Shown: positions 8,760 through 18,342, numbered from the stretch's first letter. The stretch is 64,000 nucleotides of DNA from Nanobdellota archaeon (GCA_049324275.1 JBMOLG010000006.1:118056-182055); one strand, 5' to 3'. Program-made: numbers and translations. The notes: generated from the sequence alone by a model not told the origin.

Positions 8760-10358
8760 ATGGCTGAAAAACCAATATATGTTTCTCCAGAAGATGTTCA
8801 AAGAACTTTGGGCAGGGATGCACAGAGAAATAACATACTTGCAGCAAGAATTTTGGCTGAGACTGTTAAAACTACGTTGGGCCCAAAAGGAATGGACAAG
8901 ATGCTTGTTGATTCAACCGGAAATATTATTGTAACTAATGATGGGGTTACCATATTAGAAGAGATGGAAATTGAGCATCCGGCAGCGAAGATGATTGTTG
9001 AAATTGCAAAGACTCAGGAGGGAGAAGTTGGCGATGGAACTACTACTGCTGTAATGCTTGCGGGAAAATTGCTTGAGAATGCGGAAAGATTATTAGACCA
9101 GAAGATACATCCGGCTGTAATCACAAAGGGATATAGATTAGCTGCTGAAAAATCCCAAAAGATTTTGAAAGAATTAGCAATTGAAGTCAATAGTGAAGAG
9201 GAATTGTTAAAGATTGCACAGACAGCAATGACTGGCAAGGGTGCCGAATATGTCAAGGAAAAATTTGACAGCATTATTGTGAACTCGATAAAAAATATTG
9301 CTGAAAATGGAAAGGTAAATCTTGACAACATTAAGATAGAAAAAAGAAAGGGGCAATCAATCGAAAATACTGAATTAATTGAAGGAATTGTGTTGGATAA
9401 GGAGAGAGTTTCATTAGATATGCCTGTGAAAGTTTCAAATGCAAAAATTGCTTTGATTGATGCTGCAATTGAAATAAAGTCTCCTGAAAGGGAAACAAAG
9501 ATTTCTATTTCAAGCCCGGAACAGCTGCAGAATTTTTTGAATCAGGAAGAGGAAATTTTAAGAGAAATGGTTAACAAAATAAGAAATGTCGGGGCAAATG
9601 TTGTTATCTGCCAAAAAGGCATTGATGAAATAGCTCAGTTTTATTTTACAAAATTGGGGATTTATGCTTTAAGGCGGGTTGCGCGCTCTGACATGCAAAA
9701 ACTAGCAAAAGCAACAAATGCGAAGATTGTCTCTAATTTAAAAGAGCTAAATGGAAATGATTTGGGATTTGCATCAGTTGTTGAAGAAGTAAAAGAAGGT
9801 GAAGAAGCAATGACTTATGTAAGAGGGTGCAAAAATCCTAAGGCTATTACAATTCTTATTCGCGGAGGAACAGAGCATGTTATTGATGAGATTGAAAGAG
9901 CATTAAAAGACGGGCTTGGTGATGTTGCAGCTGTTCTAAAAGATTCAAAGATTGTTGCAGGCGGAGGGGCAATTGAAATTGAATTAGCAAAGAGATTAAG
10001 AGAATTTTCAAAGACCTTAAAGGGAAGAGAGCAGTTGGCTGTAGATGAGTTTGCTTCTGCTTTGGAATTCATTCCAATTACATTAGCCGAAAATGCCGGG
10101 CTGGACCCATTGGATGTTTTGACTGAATTGAAAGTCAAGCACGAATCTGGAAATAAAAATTTTGGATTGAATCTTTTTACTGAAAAAATCGAAAATACAT
10201 TTGATAATGGAATTATTGAGCCATTAAAAATAAAAACACAAGCAATAACTTCTGCATCTGAAGTTGCAATCATGATTCTAAGAATTGATGATGTTATCGC
10301 ATCAGGGAAATCAAGACAGCATTCTCCAAACATGTCTGCTATGAAAGATTATGATTAA
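8760..10358 (+). CDS. ths: Thermosome subunit (group II chaperonin)
   Basis: [40 protein letters not shown] and a full-length 532 aa. Confidence 0.95.
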   Translation: MAEKPIYVSPEDVQRTLGRDAQRNNILAARILAETVKTTLGPKGMDKMLVDSTGNIIVTNDGVTILEEMEIEHPAAKMIVEIAKTQEGEVGDGTTTAVMLAGKLLENAERLLDQKIHPAVITKGYRLAAEKSQKILKELAIEVNSEEELLKIAQTAMTGKGAEYVKEKFDSIIVNSIKNIAENGKVNLDNIKIEKRKGQSIENTELIEGIVLDKERVSLDMPVKVSNAKIALIDAAIEIKSPERETKISISSPEQLQNFLNQEEEILREMVNKIRNVGANVVICQKGIDEIAQFYFTKLGIYALRRVARSDMQKLAKATNAKIVSNLKELNGNDLGFASVVEEVKEGEEAMTYVRGCKNPKAITILIRGGTEHVIDEIERALKDGLGDVAAVLKDSKIVAGGGAIEIELAKRLREFSKTLKGREQLAVDEFASALEFIPITLAENAGLDPLDVLTELKVKHESGNKNFGLNLFTEKIENTFDNGIIEPLKIKTQAITSASEVAIMILRIDDVIASGKSRQHSPNMSAMKDYD

Positions 10359-10762
10359 TTCTTGTTAAGATACAATGAAAAATTCAGATGATTAAATATT
10401 AATCCTTCTTTTATTTTAATAATCTTTAAAATTTCTTTATCAGTTAATTTGGATATGCTTTTCCTTAAATACAAATCTAACTCATTAATGTAATAATCAT
10501 TTAAGAAACTTAATTCCTGAAATGAATAATTTTTAAACTCTCTGTCAAAATCTTTTGGCTCATAATTCCTAAATTCTTTTTGCCCTTTTGTCAGGCTGAT
10601 TAAATCTTTTTTAAGTTTATCTTTAATCTTGCTAATTTCAGCAATTTCTTCATTTGATAGGCTATCTAAATTATTATGTAAATATTTTTTTAAATCTGAA
10701 ATCCAGAATTTATTGAACTCGATTAAAAATAAAATTGATTTGAAATCATAACTCTTTTCCAT
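10355..10762 (-). CDS. hypothetical protein (135 aa)
   Basis: ATG ORF. CTTATAAA at 10784-10791 lies 21 nt upstream. Confidence 0.45.
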   Translation of the reverse strand: MEKSYDFKSILFLIEFNKFWISDLKKYLHNNLDSLSNEEIAEISKIKDKLKKDLISLTKGQKEFRNYEPKDFDREFKNYSFQELSFLNDYYINELDLYLRKSISKLTDKEILKIIKIKEGLIFNHLNFSLYLNKN

Positions 10763-11171
10763 ATTATTAATTAAAATATCAATCTTATAAATTTTTTTAA
10801 TTTTGGCTTATATATTCTTTCTTTCTCCAACTCCTCATAAAAGAAAATACCCTCTTTAATCCATTGATTTTTGATCATATCATAAAATTCTATCTGATTA
10901 TTGCTTGATTCAACTCTATGAACTAAAAATAAGTAAGCATATTTCCTAAAACTTCAATTGTTCTTGCATCTTTTACATAAACTGCCGCTTCTAAAGATTT
11001 CATGTGCGTAGTAGGCATTTTTCCTGGATTATAGTTTGATAAATTTATTTTTCATCTTTGTCTATTCCAAAATGAGACACAATAAAGGTGGCATTTTCTT
11101 CTACTAAAACTTTAAGAGCCTTAATTTTTTCATAGAGCAAAGTTTAAATATCAGTTTAATGCCCAATTTTT

Positions 11172-11897
11172 ATGGAATTACCTGATTCAGAGATATATGA
11201 GCAAGAATTAGAATATATGCCGTATAAGGATTCACTAAATAAAGTGATTAGCTATATCAGCGAAAATGCTCCGCAGAATGGAAGCCTGATTGATTTAATG
11301 TGCGGTCCTGGATATTTGCTAGGAAAGATTGCTTTAGCCAGAAGAGATTTAAAATTAGAAGGATCTGATATTGATGAAAGATATATTTCATTTGCAACAC
11401 AAAAATATCCTCATCTTAAATTTAAATTAGAAGATGTTCTTTCATTAAATCCTGAAAAACAATATGATATAGTTATGTGTACGGGGGCACTTCATCATGT
11501 TCCCTATGATAAACAGGAAGAAGCGGTTAGAAAAATGACTTCTTTAGTTAAGCCAAATGGATTTCTCTTGATTTCTGATTGTTATATTGATGATTATGCA
11601 AATGAAACTCAAAGAAGAATTGCTGCAGTAAAATTAGGCCATGAATATCTTAAGGAAACAATTCAAAATGGCGCGCCTGAAGAAGTTATAATTCCAACAA
11701 TTGAAATTTTAGCTAATGATGTTCTAATGAAAGAATTTAAAACTTCCTTAAAGAAAAGAACAGAAATTTTTAAAAGATTATTCAGCAATGTCAGAACCTT
11801 TAAAACATGGCCAAATTTTGAATCCGAATATGGAGATTACATTTCCATCTGTGAGTCCAAATTTAATTTTAAAGTGGATTTAAACTATTTTCAATAA
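11172..11897 (+). CDS. Class I SAM-dependent methyltransferase
   Basis: Motif I LIDLMCGPGYL, an acidic loop GSDID, and DIVMCTGALHHVP. TTTAAATA at 11143-11150 lies 21 nt upstream. Confidence 0.75.
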   Translation: MELPDSEIYEQELEYMPYKDSLNKVISYISENAPQNGSLIDLMCGPGYLLGKIALARRDLKLEGSDIDERYISFATQKYPHLKFKLEDVLSLNPEKQYDIVMCTGALHHVPYDKQEEAVRKMTSLVKPNGFLLISDCYIDDYANETQRRIAAVKLGHEYLKETIQNGAPEEVIIPTIEILANDVLMKEFKTSLKKRTEIFKRLFSNVRTFKTWPNFESEYGDYISICESKFNFKVDLNYFQ

Positions 11898-11923
11898 TCA
11901 GAAATTTTTTATATCTTTAGTCA

Positions 11924-12229
11924 TTAAATTATATTAAGATTTTTATAATCTTGAGCTAAACAAGTAATACTTTCGAGATCAAAAGGTTGATTAAACCATT
12001 TTTTAGCTATGATTTTAGCTTTAGCACCTCCGACGATAAAACTATCTTTTTTTGTATCTGATTCAAATTGGTCTTTTTGCTTTGAATCGTAAATTTTCTT
12101 GAATTCTGCGTTGAACTGCTCTAATATTTGAGGATAGTCTGTATTTTCAAAAATTTTTGAGATTATAATGGGAATATGATAAACAATATAGCCCTGATAT
12201 ATTCTTTTTGGTTCTTCATAGTTTGGCAT
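11924..12229 (-). CDS. hypothetical protein (101 aa)
   Basis: ATG ORF with a TATA-like box 21 nt upstream. Confidence 0.4.
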   Translation of the reverse strand: MPNYEEPKRIYQGYIVYHIPIIISKIFENTDYPQILEQFNAEFKKIYDSKQKDQFESDTKKDSFIVGGAKAKIIAKKWFNQPFDLESITCLAQDYKNLNII

Positions 12230-12408
12230 AAATTAGCTGGCAATGTCGCCTTTTAAGTATTTCTCTATCAATCTATCAATTAAACTATTATACTGAATCT
12301 TAAACTATTTAAAATAAATATATTTAATACAGTTTTAACTTCATTAATTATTAACAGTTTAGATTGCAAAATCGATAAAAATAAAAAGTTTGCTTTGTTA
12401 ATATTAAG

Positions 12409-13560
12409 ATGTTTGCATATAAAACATTGGATGATTTTGAATTCAATGGCAAAACTGTTATTTTAAGAGCAGACTTAAATTCTGATTTTGCTAATAAAAA
12501 ACTTATTGAATCTGAAAGAATTAAAGAATCTGCAAAAACAATTTCAGAACTTAAAAAAAAGAAAGCAAAGGTTGTAATAATTGCCCATCAGGGAAGAAAG
12601 GGCGAGAGGGATTTTGCGTCATTAAGGCAGCACTCTAAATTTCTTAACAAGTATACAAAAGTAAAATATGTCAATGATATTGCGGGGGAAAAAGCTGTAA
12701 ATGAAATTAAAAACCTTAAGCCGGGCGAGGCATTATTACTTGAAAATATCCGTTATCTCGATGATGAATTAAATCCTGAAAAAAAGGGAAATAAGATAAT
12801 AAAAACTTTAATGCCCTTAGCAGACATTTATATCAATGACGCTTTTTCTAATTCACACAGAAATCACACTTCAATGACTGCTTTTCCAAAATTTCTTTCC
12901 TCAGGAATTGGGCGAGTCATGCAAAAAGAAATTGAGGCATTAGAAAAAATTCGATTAAAAGATTCATTGTACATATTAGGTGGGGCAAAACCTGAAGATA
13001 ATATTAAATTATTAAAACACAATAATGTTTTGGCTTGCGGATTATTTGGACAGCTATGCATCATTGCAAGAGGGAAAAATTTAGGGGCCCAAAACAGATA
13101 TCTAAAAACAACATTATATATGACAAAAGAACTTAAGCCGAAATTGAATTCAAAAGTTTATACACCAATTGATTTTGCAGTAAAAATAAATGGAAAAAGA
13201 GAAGAAATTTTATTGGAGAATTTTCCAAGTAAATATGAAATCTTTGATATTGGACAATTGACAATAAATAAGTTTATTGAGGAAATTAAACAGGCAAAAT
13301 CAATATACATGAAAGGACCAGCAGGATTTTGTGCTGACAAAAATTTTTGCAAAGGAACTTTTTCAATTTTAAAGGCAATTTCTGAAAATAGAAATTGCTT
13401 TTCAGTTATCGGGGGAGGTCATTTAAATGATGCAATAAAGCATTCAGGCATAGATAAAAATAAATTTAATCATATCAGCTTATCAGGTGGAGCTTTATTG
13501 AATTTTCTCGCAGGAGAAAAATTGCCGGGGCTCGAAGCTCTCAGAAGAGGAAGAATTTAA
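12409..13560 (+). CDS. pgk: Phosphoglycerate kinase (archaeal type)
   Basis: GKTVILRADLNS, IIAHQGRKGE, LLENIRY, NDAFSNSHRNHTS, GGGH...SLSGGA. Confidence 0.9.
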   Translation: MFAYKTLDDFEFNGKTVILRADLNSDFANKKLIESERIKESAKTISELKKKKAKVVIIAHQGRKGERDFASLRQHSKFLNKYTKVKYVNDIAGEKAVNEIKNLKPGEALLLENIRYLDDELNPEKKGNKIIKTLMPLADIYINDAFSNSHRNHTSMTAFPKFLSSGIGRVMQKEIEALEKIRLKDSLYILGGAKPEDNIKLLKHNNVLACGLFGQLCIIARGKNLGAQNRYLKTTLYMTKELKPKLNSKVYTPIDFAVKINGKREEILLENFPSKYEIFDIGQLTINKFIEEIKQAKSIYMKGPAGFCADKNFCKGTFSILKAISENRNCFSVIGGGHLNDAIKHSGIDKNKFNHISLSGGALLNFLAGEKLPGLEALRRGRI

Positions 13561-14117
13561 GATTGAATGAATGCTATCATTCTCTCAAATTTTTCTATAT
13601 AATCACTAAATTCTTTTTTTTCTTTTAAAACTTTAATCATTTCTTCTTCCCCAACATACCATGAGGATTCGCCTGCACTAATATGAGCAATTGGAGAGAA
13701 AAGATAAATTCTATCCATATATTCTGAAGGTTCTAAATTACCTGGATATCTTACATTAGGAATTTTTTTTGAATCAACTATCCCTGATTCAATTAAAATT
13801 TTAGTAGGGACTTTATAGCAGCTGAAGCTTTCAAGTGAATCTAAATATCTGTCTTTATCGTCGGGTATATAAGTTCCGCGCATGGGTATGGATTCTACAA
13901 TTGTCCCGATATCATACGATAAAAAACATTTATGTTTCTGATTATCAGATATTCCCACAGTGTGGTAATCAACAAATTTATCAAAGAACCCAAACATAGC
14001 TTTTTCTTTGGATTTTTTTTGCCTTTTTTGAAATTTCAATATAAAATCTCCTTGTTTGGGATTTCTATCTTCTAAATATTCTTCCTTAATTTCAGGTTTT
14101 TCTTTTAAGGCTTCCAT
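13557..14117 (-). CDS. hypothetical protein (186 aa)
   Basis: ATG ORF with a TATA-like box 21 nt upstream. The 3' end overlaps pgk by 4 nt. Confidence 0.5.
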   Translation of the reverse strand: MEALKEKPEIKEEYLEDRNPKQGDFILKFQKRQKKSKEKAMFGFFDKFVDYHTVGISDNQKHKCFLSYDIGTIVESIPMRGTYIPDDKDRYLDSLESFSCYKVPTKILIESGIVDSKKIPNVRYPGNLEPSEYMDRIYLFSPIAHISAGESSWYVGEEEMIKVLKEKKEFSDYIEKFERMIAFIQS

Positions 14118-14198
14118 GATAATCTTAACAGAAGAAATTTTAAATGGATATGTAGTTTAAGCATAGACAAATATAGTAGGGCATGGAATAAAAATATT

Positions 14199-14468
14199 TT
14201 ATTTATTATAAATTTTCTCTCTTAAAAATTCAATTTTTTTTATTTCTGCAAAAAATTCTTTAATAGTTATATCTCCGGCTGCATACCTTCCAGTTTGAAT
14301 TTCAAGTTGCGTATAAAATTTCTGTTGATAAAAATTTGAAGATTCTGGTTCAATCTTTCCCCCTTTTATTACACCTTCTCTTCTAAATTTTTTAGATAAA
14401 TCGTATCAAGTAGTTATCTCTTCTAATCTTTTTCCTTTGAATCTTTTAACGAATTCTTTTATTTCCAT
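14199..14468 (-). pseudogene. 89-codon ORF interrupted by one in-frame TGA (14406-14408)
   Basis: MEIKEFVKRFKGKRLEEITT-TGA-YDLSKKFRREGVIKGG...IKKIEFLREKIYNK*. The 68-codon distal part contains no ATG, GTG or TTG start of its own. Confidence 0.4.
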
Positions 14469-14485
14469 TTTTAAACTGCAATCTT

Positions 14486-14662
14486 TCAATTTTTTTTAAT
14501 CTGCTTTTTCCTCAGGACAATTTTTCCATTCTCAACTTTTATGTCTATTTCCTCTCCTTCTTTTATACCTGATTCTTTAATTATCATTGGCGGGACATTT
14601 AGAATGTACTTATAATAATCTTTGTTATTAACTTTTCTTATAAATCTCTTTTGAAGTTTCAT
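14486..14662 (-). CDS. AbrB/SpoVT-type (swapped-hairpin) small DNA-binding protein, 58 aa; not in the ORF track
   Basis: MKLQKRFIRKVNNKDYYKYILNVPPMIIKESGIKEGEEIDIKVENGKIVLRKKQIKKN fits the ...IPkeI.e..GIKEGd.i.i.ve.gkIvL.k pattern. TATA 14684-14691 lies 21 nt upstream. Confidence 0.55.
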   Translation of the reverse strand: MKLQKRFIRKVNNKDYYKYILNVPPMIIKESGIKEGEEIDIKVENGKIVLRKKQIKKN

Positions 14663-14683
14663 AATACTATCTAATAAAAAAAG

Positions 14684-14727
14684 TATTTAAATCTTGAGGC
14701 ACCACAACATTTATAAATTGAGGCACC
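14684..14727. promoter_or_regulatory. Divergent promoter with two 10-bp direct repeats TTGAGGCACC (14694-14703, 14718-14727) bracketing TATA 14710-14717
   Basis: Exact GC-rich repeats 24 bp apart in AT-rich DNA. The minus-strand TATA is at 14684-14691. Confidence 0.45.
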
Positions 14728-14738
14728 TAAAATATAAT

Positions 14739-14969
14739 ATGGATGAAGCAAGAAATCACAAATTTCTTGGAATTGGATGGACTTCGAAGATTCATAAAAA
14801 AAGGGCTACATATTCTATATCTATCAATAAATTAGTCGCAGATGGATGTTGTTTAGAACGGGGCAAGGAGCTTTATTCCTATTTAGCAGAAGATGAAACT
14901 GAGAGGAAAATAATTATTGTATATCTTGATGGAAAGAAAAGAGAAATTCATAAGGAGGTTATTTCATAG
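14739..14969 (+). CDS. small hypothetical protein (76 aa), possibly AbrB/MazE-like
   Basis: Start re-assigned to the ATG 21 nt after TTTATAAA. The segment YSISINKLVADGCCLERGKELYSYLAEDETERKIIIVYLDG loosely resembles a swapped-hairpin barrel. Confidence 0.4.
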   Translation: MDEARNHKFLGIGWTSKIHKKRATYSISINKLVADGCCLERGKELYSYLAEDETERKIIIVYLDGKKREIHKEVIS

Positions 14970-15031
14970 AACATTTGCCCCCGCAGAAATGCCCGTTATA
15001 GTTATTTAAAAAACCTCTCAAACATCATTAA

Positions 15032-15070
15032 GTGAAAGATGTGATTAGCCCCCCTAATTGCATCTTTCAC
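15032..15070 (+). ncRNA. Candidate small RNA or 5' leader hairpin (17-bp stem, CCCCC loop)
   Basis: GUGAAAGAUGUGAUUAG-CCCCC-CUAAUUGCAUCUUUCAC. Two G-U pairs would become A-C mismatches on the other strand. The hairpin starts about 21 nt after a TATA-like box (15002-15012). Confidence 0.35.
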
Positions 15071-15080
15071 AGCATGCTAA

Positions 15081-15257
15081 ATGAAAAAAGTCAAAAAGAG
15101 ATTATGCGATCATATTAATTGTAATAACTCTGCATTTAAAGAAATTTATATTTTAAATAACAAATACAAAACGCAAGGATGGAATTTTGTCTGCAAAAAG
15201 CATTTTAAAATAGAATGGAAAAAATCAATGCAAATGTTAATTTCTCGTAGCATTTAG
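15081..15257 (+). CDS. 58-aa Cys/His mini-ORF; not in the ORF track
   Basis: MKKVKKRLCDHINCNN...FVCKKHFKIEW has a C-x-H-x2-C ... C-x2-H pattern. It has no TATA of its own and would sit on the hairpin transcript. Confidence 0.25.
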   Translation: MKKVKKRLCDHINCNNSAFKEIYILNNKYKTQGWNFVCKKHFKIEWKKSMQMLISRSI

Positions 15258-15274
15258 ATAAATACTGAAAAAAA

Positions 15275-16009
15275 TCATTTCGAAATTCCCCACAAGAATT
15301 GAAAATATTGCTTGAAACTTTCAGCAATTCTTTTATTTTTTACTGAGAAAACAAAAGGCTTCTCCTCCCATAAAAAAATATAAACATAGTCTTGAAAAAT
15401 ATCAATTGCAGCAGGGCTTATGTATCCTTTAGGCATATATTTTACTTCAGAATATTTTTCTTTTTCACGATCCTTTCCCAATGTATTCTTTAAAGAATTA
15501 TCTAGGATAATTTTTAATTTTTGTTTTTTCTTTATACTTTTTAGATTCATATTAGAAATAAATAACCTTAATGATTCATTTGAAAAAGTTTGTTCAGAAA
15601 AACCCAATATGTAAATAGATTCATTTTTTGGGCAGTCATCTATTATTTTTTTGAAAGCTGTTTTAAACCCTTCATATCCTTCATAGATTTTAGTATTTGT
15701 ATCTTCGGGGCTTTTATTTTCTAATTTTTCCAATTCAGGAATTATTTCTTTAATCTTCCTTGTTTTTTCCTCTTCTATTTCTAAGAATTTTTTAGGAGAA
15801 GTAGGCTGAAAGTATTTTCCATTTTTTTGTATATTATAATTTGCAAGCCCTTTTTGAATCAATGAATTTAGAGATTCATAAACACGTGAATTAGAAACTC
15901 CTGTCTCTTTGATTATAGCTCCGGTTGTTGTAGAGCCTTTTTTAAGCAAGAATAAATAAATTTTAGCTTCATTAGAGCTTAGCCCTAATTTTTCAAGTTC
16001 TATTTGCAT
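15275..16009 (-). CDS. TrmB-like transcriptional regulator, paralogue B (244 aa)
   Basis: LGLSSNEAKIYLFLLKKGSTTTGAIIKETGVSNSRVYESLNSLIQKGL and the C-terminal ...FLWEEKPFVFSVKNKRIAESFKQYFQFLW. Confidence 0.8.
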   Translation of the reverse strand: MQIELEKLGLSSNEAKIYLFLLKKGSTTTGAIIKETGVSNSRVYESLNSLIQKGLANYNIQKNGKYFQPTSPKKFLEIEEEKTRKIKEIIPELEKLENKSPEDTNTKIYEGYEGFKTAFKKIIDDCPKNESIYILGFSEQTFSNESLRLFISNMNLKSIKKKQKLKIILDNSLKNTLGKDREKEKYSEVKYMPKGYISPAAIDIFQDYVYIFLWEEKPFVFSVKNKRIAESFKQYFQFLWGISK

Positions 16010-16040
16010 CTTTTTCTTTAGTATTCAAGCTTTTTAAGAC

Positions 16041-16060
16041 TTTCTCCCAAAAGGGAGAAA
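16041..16060. promoter_or_regulatory. Palindromic operator candidate TTTCTCCC-AAAA-GGGAGAAA
   Basis: Perfect 8-bp arms. It lies 2 nt from the TATA-like box of paralogue B (16031-16038) and 6 nt from that of the methyltransferase gene (16067-16074). Confidence 0.45.
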
Positions 16061-16095
16061 TAACATTTTTATGTATTCTAATTAGTTATCATTCT

Positions 16096-16950
16096 ATGGT
16101 AATAAATTATTTGAAAAAATATCTAACGAGAAATCAACTTCCAAGGATTACTGAAGAATTTATTCAGGATATTGAAAAAAATGCAAAACAAGGAGAATAT
16201 AAAATTGAAATAGATGGGCTTAACTTGGCAATTGCACCTTATGTCTTCCCTCCCAATCCAATGTTTTCAAGAAGTTTTAATCTTGACAAATCAATCGGGG
16301 ATGTAAAAGGAAAACATGTCCTTGATATGGGAACTGGATCAGGATATCTGGCAATAAAAGCTTATAATGCAGGGGCGAAAAGTGTTGAAGCAGTTGATAT
16401 TAATGAAGAAACCTTAAGATGTGCATGTGAAAATTTTCAAAAAAATAAAGATCCTAAAAGGGCCGGAGAAATATATATTTATCAAAGTGATTTATTTTCT
16501 AATATAACCTGGCCAAGAATATTTATGACAGTATATCCAAGAATTTTGTCACCTAACTGTTTTGGAATATTCCCAGGATATTACTCGAATGTAAATGAAA
16601 AATCTTACTTTGCAAGAGAACTTGACCCCTACCCTGGATTTGATAAAAGATTTGATCTCATTATCGCAAACCTTCCAATAGTAAATTATCCCTGTAAAGA
16701 TGAAAGATTCTTAACGTTATTAGATCCTGATTTTAATATTCATAAAAGATTTTTTTCAGAGGCAGGGAATTATCTTAAAGAAGATGGAAGAATTATAATG
16801 ACTCATGCGGATTTGCAGGGCAAAAGAAGTTTTGAAAAATTGGAAAATCTTGCAAAGGAAAATGAATTTATTTACACTATAAAAAATTCGATAAATGAAT
16901 TAGGATATGAATGGAGAACATATGAATTCAGGAAGAATGAAAAATCTTAA
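16096..16950 (+). CDS. SAM-dependent methyltransferase (HemK/PrmC-like small-domain type)
   Basis: VLDMGTGSGYLAIKA, EAVDIN. Motif IV reads ANLPIV instead of NPPY. Confidence 0.65.
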   Translation: MVINYLKKYLTRNQLPRITEEFIQDIEKNAKQGEYKIEIDGLNLAIAPYVFPPNPMFSRSFNLDKSIGDVKGKHVLDMGTGSGYLAIKAYNAGAKSVEAVDINEETLRCACENFQKNKDPKRAGEIYIYQSDLFSNITWPRIFMTVYPRILSPNCFGIFPGYYSNVNEKSYFARELDPYPGFDKRFDLIIANLPIVNYPCKDERFLTLLDPDFNIHKRFFSEAGNYLKEDGRIIMTHADLQGKRSFEKLENLAKENEFIYTIKNSINELGYEWRTYEFRKNEKS

Positions 16951-16988
16951 AAGTTAGAATTTATAAAGCTTTGAATATGAGTAAAATC

Positions 16989-18281
16989 ATGGAAAGAAAG
17001 TACATCAAAGAAATTTTGGAAAAACAAAAAGAGGAAAAAGTTTTAATTAAAGGCTGGGTTGAAAATACAAGGGATTTAGGCAAGATTAGATTCCTTTTAC
17101 TTCGGGACATTTCTGATTCAATACAAGTTACATGCTTGAAGAATAATTCTTTATTCGATAAAATGAACATTTTGCGTGAAAGTTCTATCTCTATAATAGG
17201 CAATGCAAAAAAATCAAAACAAGCACCTGGCGGAATTGAGATAATTCCTGAAGAACTGGAAATTATTGCAGAAGCAACTCATCCTCTTCCAATAGATGTT
17301 TCTGATTTTTCAAAGACTGAATTATCAAAGAGATTGAATACCCGATTTTTGGATACTCGAAGAAAAGAAACATCTGCAATCTTTAAAATCAGATCCTGCA
17401 TCTATCACAGTGTTGTAGATTTTTTTTATGAGAATAAATTTATACTAATAACTACTCCAAAATTGACAACAATAGGGTTAGAATCTGGAGCAGAATCGTT
17501 TATTGTCGATTATTTCGGAAAAAAAGTGTCTCTTGCCCAATCACCTCAATTTTATAAGCAAATGTTTGTGATGGGAGGATTCGAGAGAGTTGCGGAAATT
17601 GGACCTGTTTTTAGAGCGGAAAAATCTCATACTACTCGGCATTTAACTGAATTTTCTGGAGTAGATTTTGAAATGGGATTCATAAATAGTGAAGAGGATA
17701 TTATGGATTTAATTGAAAATTTAATAAAACATATTTTATCAAAAGTTAAGGATGAATGTAAAAGCGAACTAGAGCTCTTGAAAATTGAATCAAAAATTCC
17801 TAAAAAAATACCGAGAATATGCATGCAAGAATTAAAAGATATTCTTGTGAAAAAAGGCAAAAAACTTAGACCAGATGATGATTTAGATTCAGAAGCTGAA
17901 AAAATGATTGGGGAATATGTCTTAAAAGAATATGGAGAGGAATTTGTGTTTGTCACAAATTATCCTTTTTCAGTAAGGCCCTTTTATCATATGAAACCTC
18001 AAGGCGATGAAAAGGGAACAAAAAGTTTTGACTTATTGTGGAATGGCGTAGAAGTTGCGACAGGAGCGCAAAGAGAACATAGATTAGAGATTCTAAAAAC
18101 ACAAGCGAATCAAAAGAACATAAAATTAGATCCAATCTATGCAGAAATTTTTAAGTATGGTGCAATCCCCCATGGAGGAGTTGGCTTTGGATTAGATAGA
18201 TTAACCCAAAGGTTACTAAAGCTTGATAATGTTAGAGAAGCGATTCTCCTTCCAAGAGATCCTGAACGGGTAACCCCTTAA
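16989..18281 (+). CDS. aspS: Aspartyl-tRNA synthetase (archaeal type)
   Basis: OB anticodon-binding domain plus class II motifs (FRAEKSHTTRHLTEF, GGVGFGLDRL). Start set to the ATG 21 nt after TTTATAAA 16960-16967. Confidence 0.9.
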   Translation: MERKYIKEILEKQKEEKVLIKGWVENTRDLGKIRFLLLRDISDSIQVTCLKNNSLFDKMNILRESSISIIGNAKKSKQAPGGIEIIPEELEIIAEATHPLPIDVSDFSKTELSKRLNTRFLDTRRKETSAIFKIRSCIYHSVVDFFYENKFILITTPKLTTIGLESGAESFIVDYFGKKVSLAQSPQFYKQMFVMGGFERVAEIGPVFRAEKSHTTRHLTEFSGVDFEMGFINSEEDIMDLIENLIKHILSKVKDECKSELELLKIESKIPKKIPRICMQELKDILVKKGKKLRPDDDLDSEAEKMIGEYVLKEYGEEFVFVTNYPFSVRPFYHMKPQGDEKGTKSFDLLWNGVEVATGAQREHRLEILKTQANQKNIKLDPIYAEIFKYGAIPHGGVGFGLDRLTQRLLKLDNVREAILLPRDPERVTP

Positions 18282-18342
18282 AAAATATCAAATAGGACTC
18301 GTCCCATAAAAATTCTTAAGAAAATAAAAATTTGCAAATATT

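Noticed and set aside
10763-11171. 409-bp ORF-free gap. One minus frame reads MPTTHMKSLEAAVYVKDARTIEVLGNMLTYF*FIELNQAIIR*NFMI*SKINGLK... and vaguely recalls a HepT/DUF86 toxin, with a possible MntA-like fragment upstream.
   Set aside because: Three stops in ~75 codons is only slightly better than random for ~70% AT DNA, and the motif resemblance (AIIRN..I) is too weak. I cannot tell a decayed TA pair from non-coding sequence without a profile search.
14406-14408. In-frame TGA as evidence for UGA recoding (an alternative genetic code or selenocysteine)
   Set aside because: TGA ends well-supported genes in this window at positions consistent with family length: TrmB A at 4214-4216, rpo7 at 47563-47565, GatC at 40582-40584 and the GT2 at 21196-21198. 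I saw no SECIS-like context. A nonsense mutation is more parsimonious.
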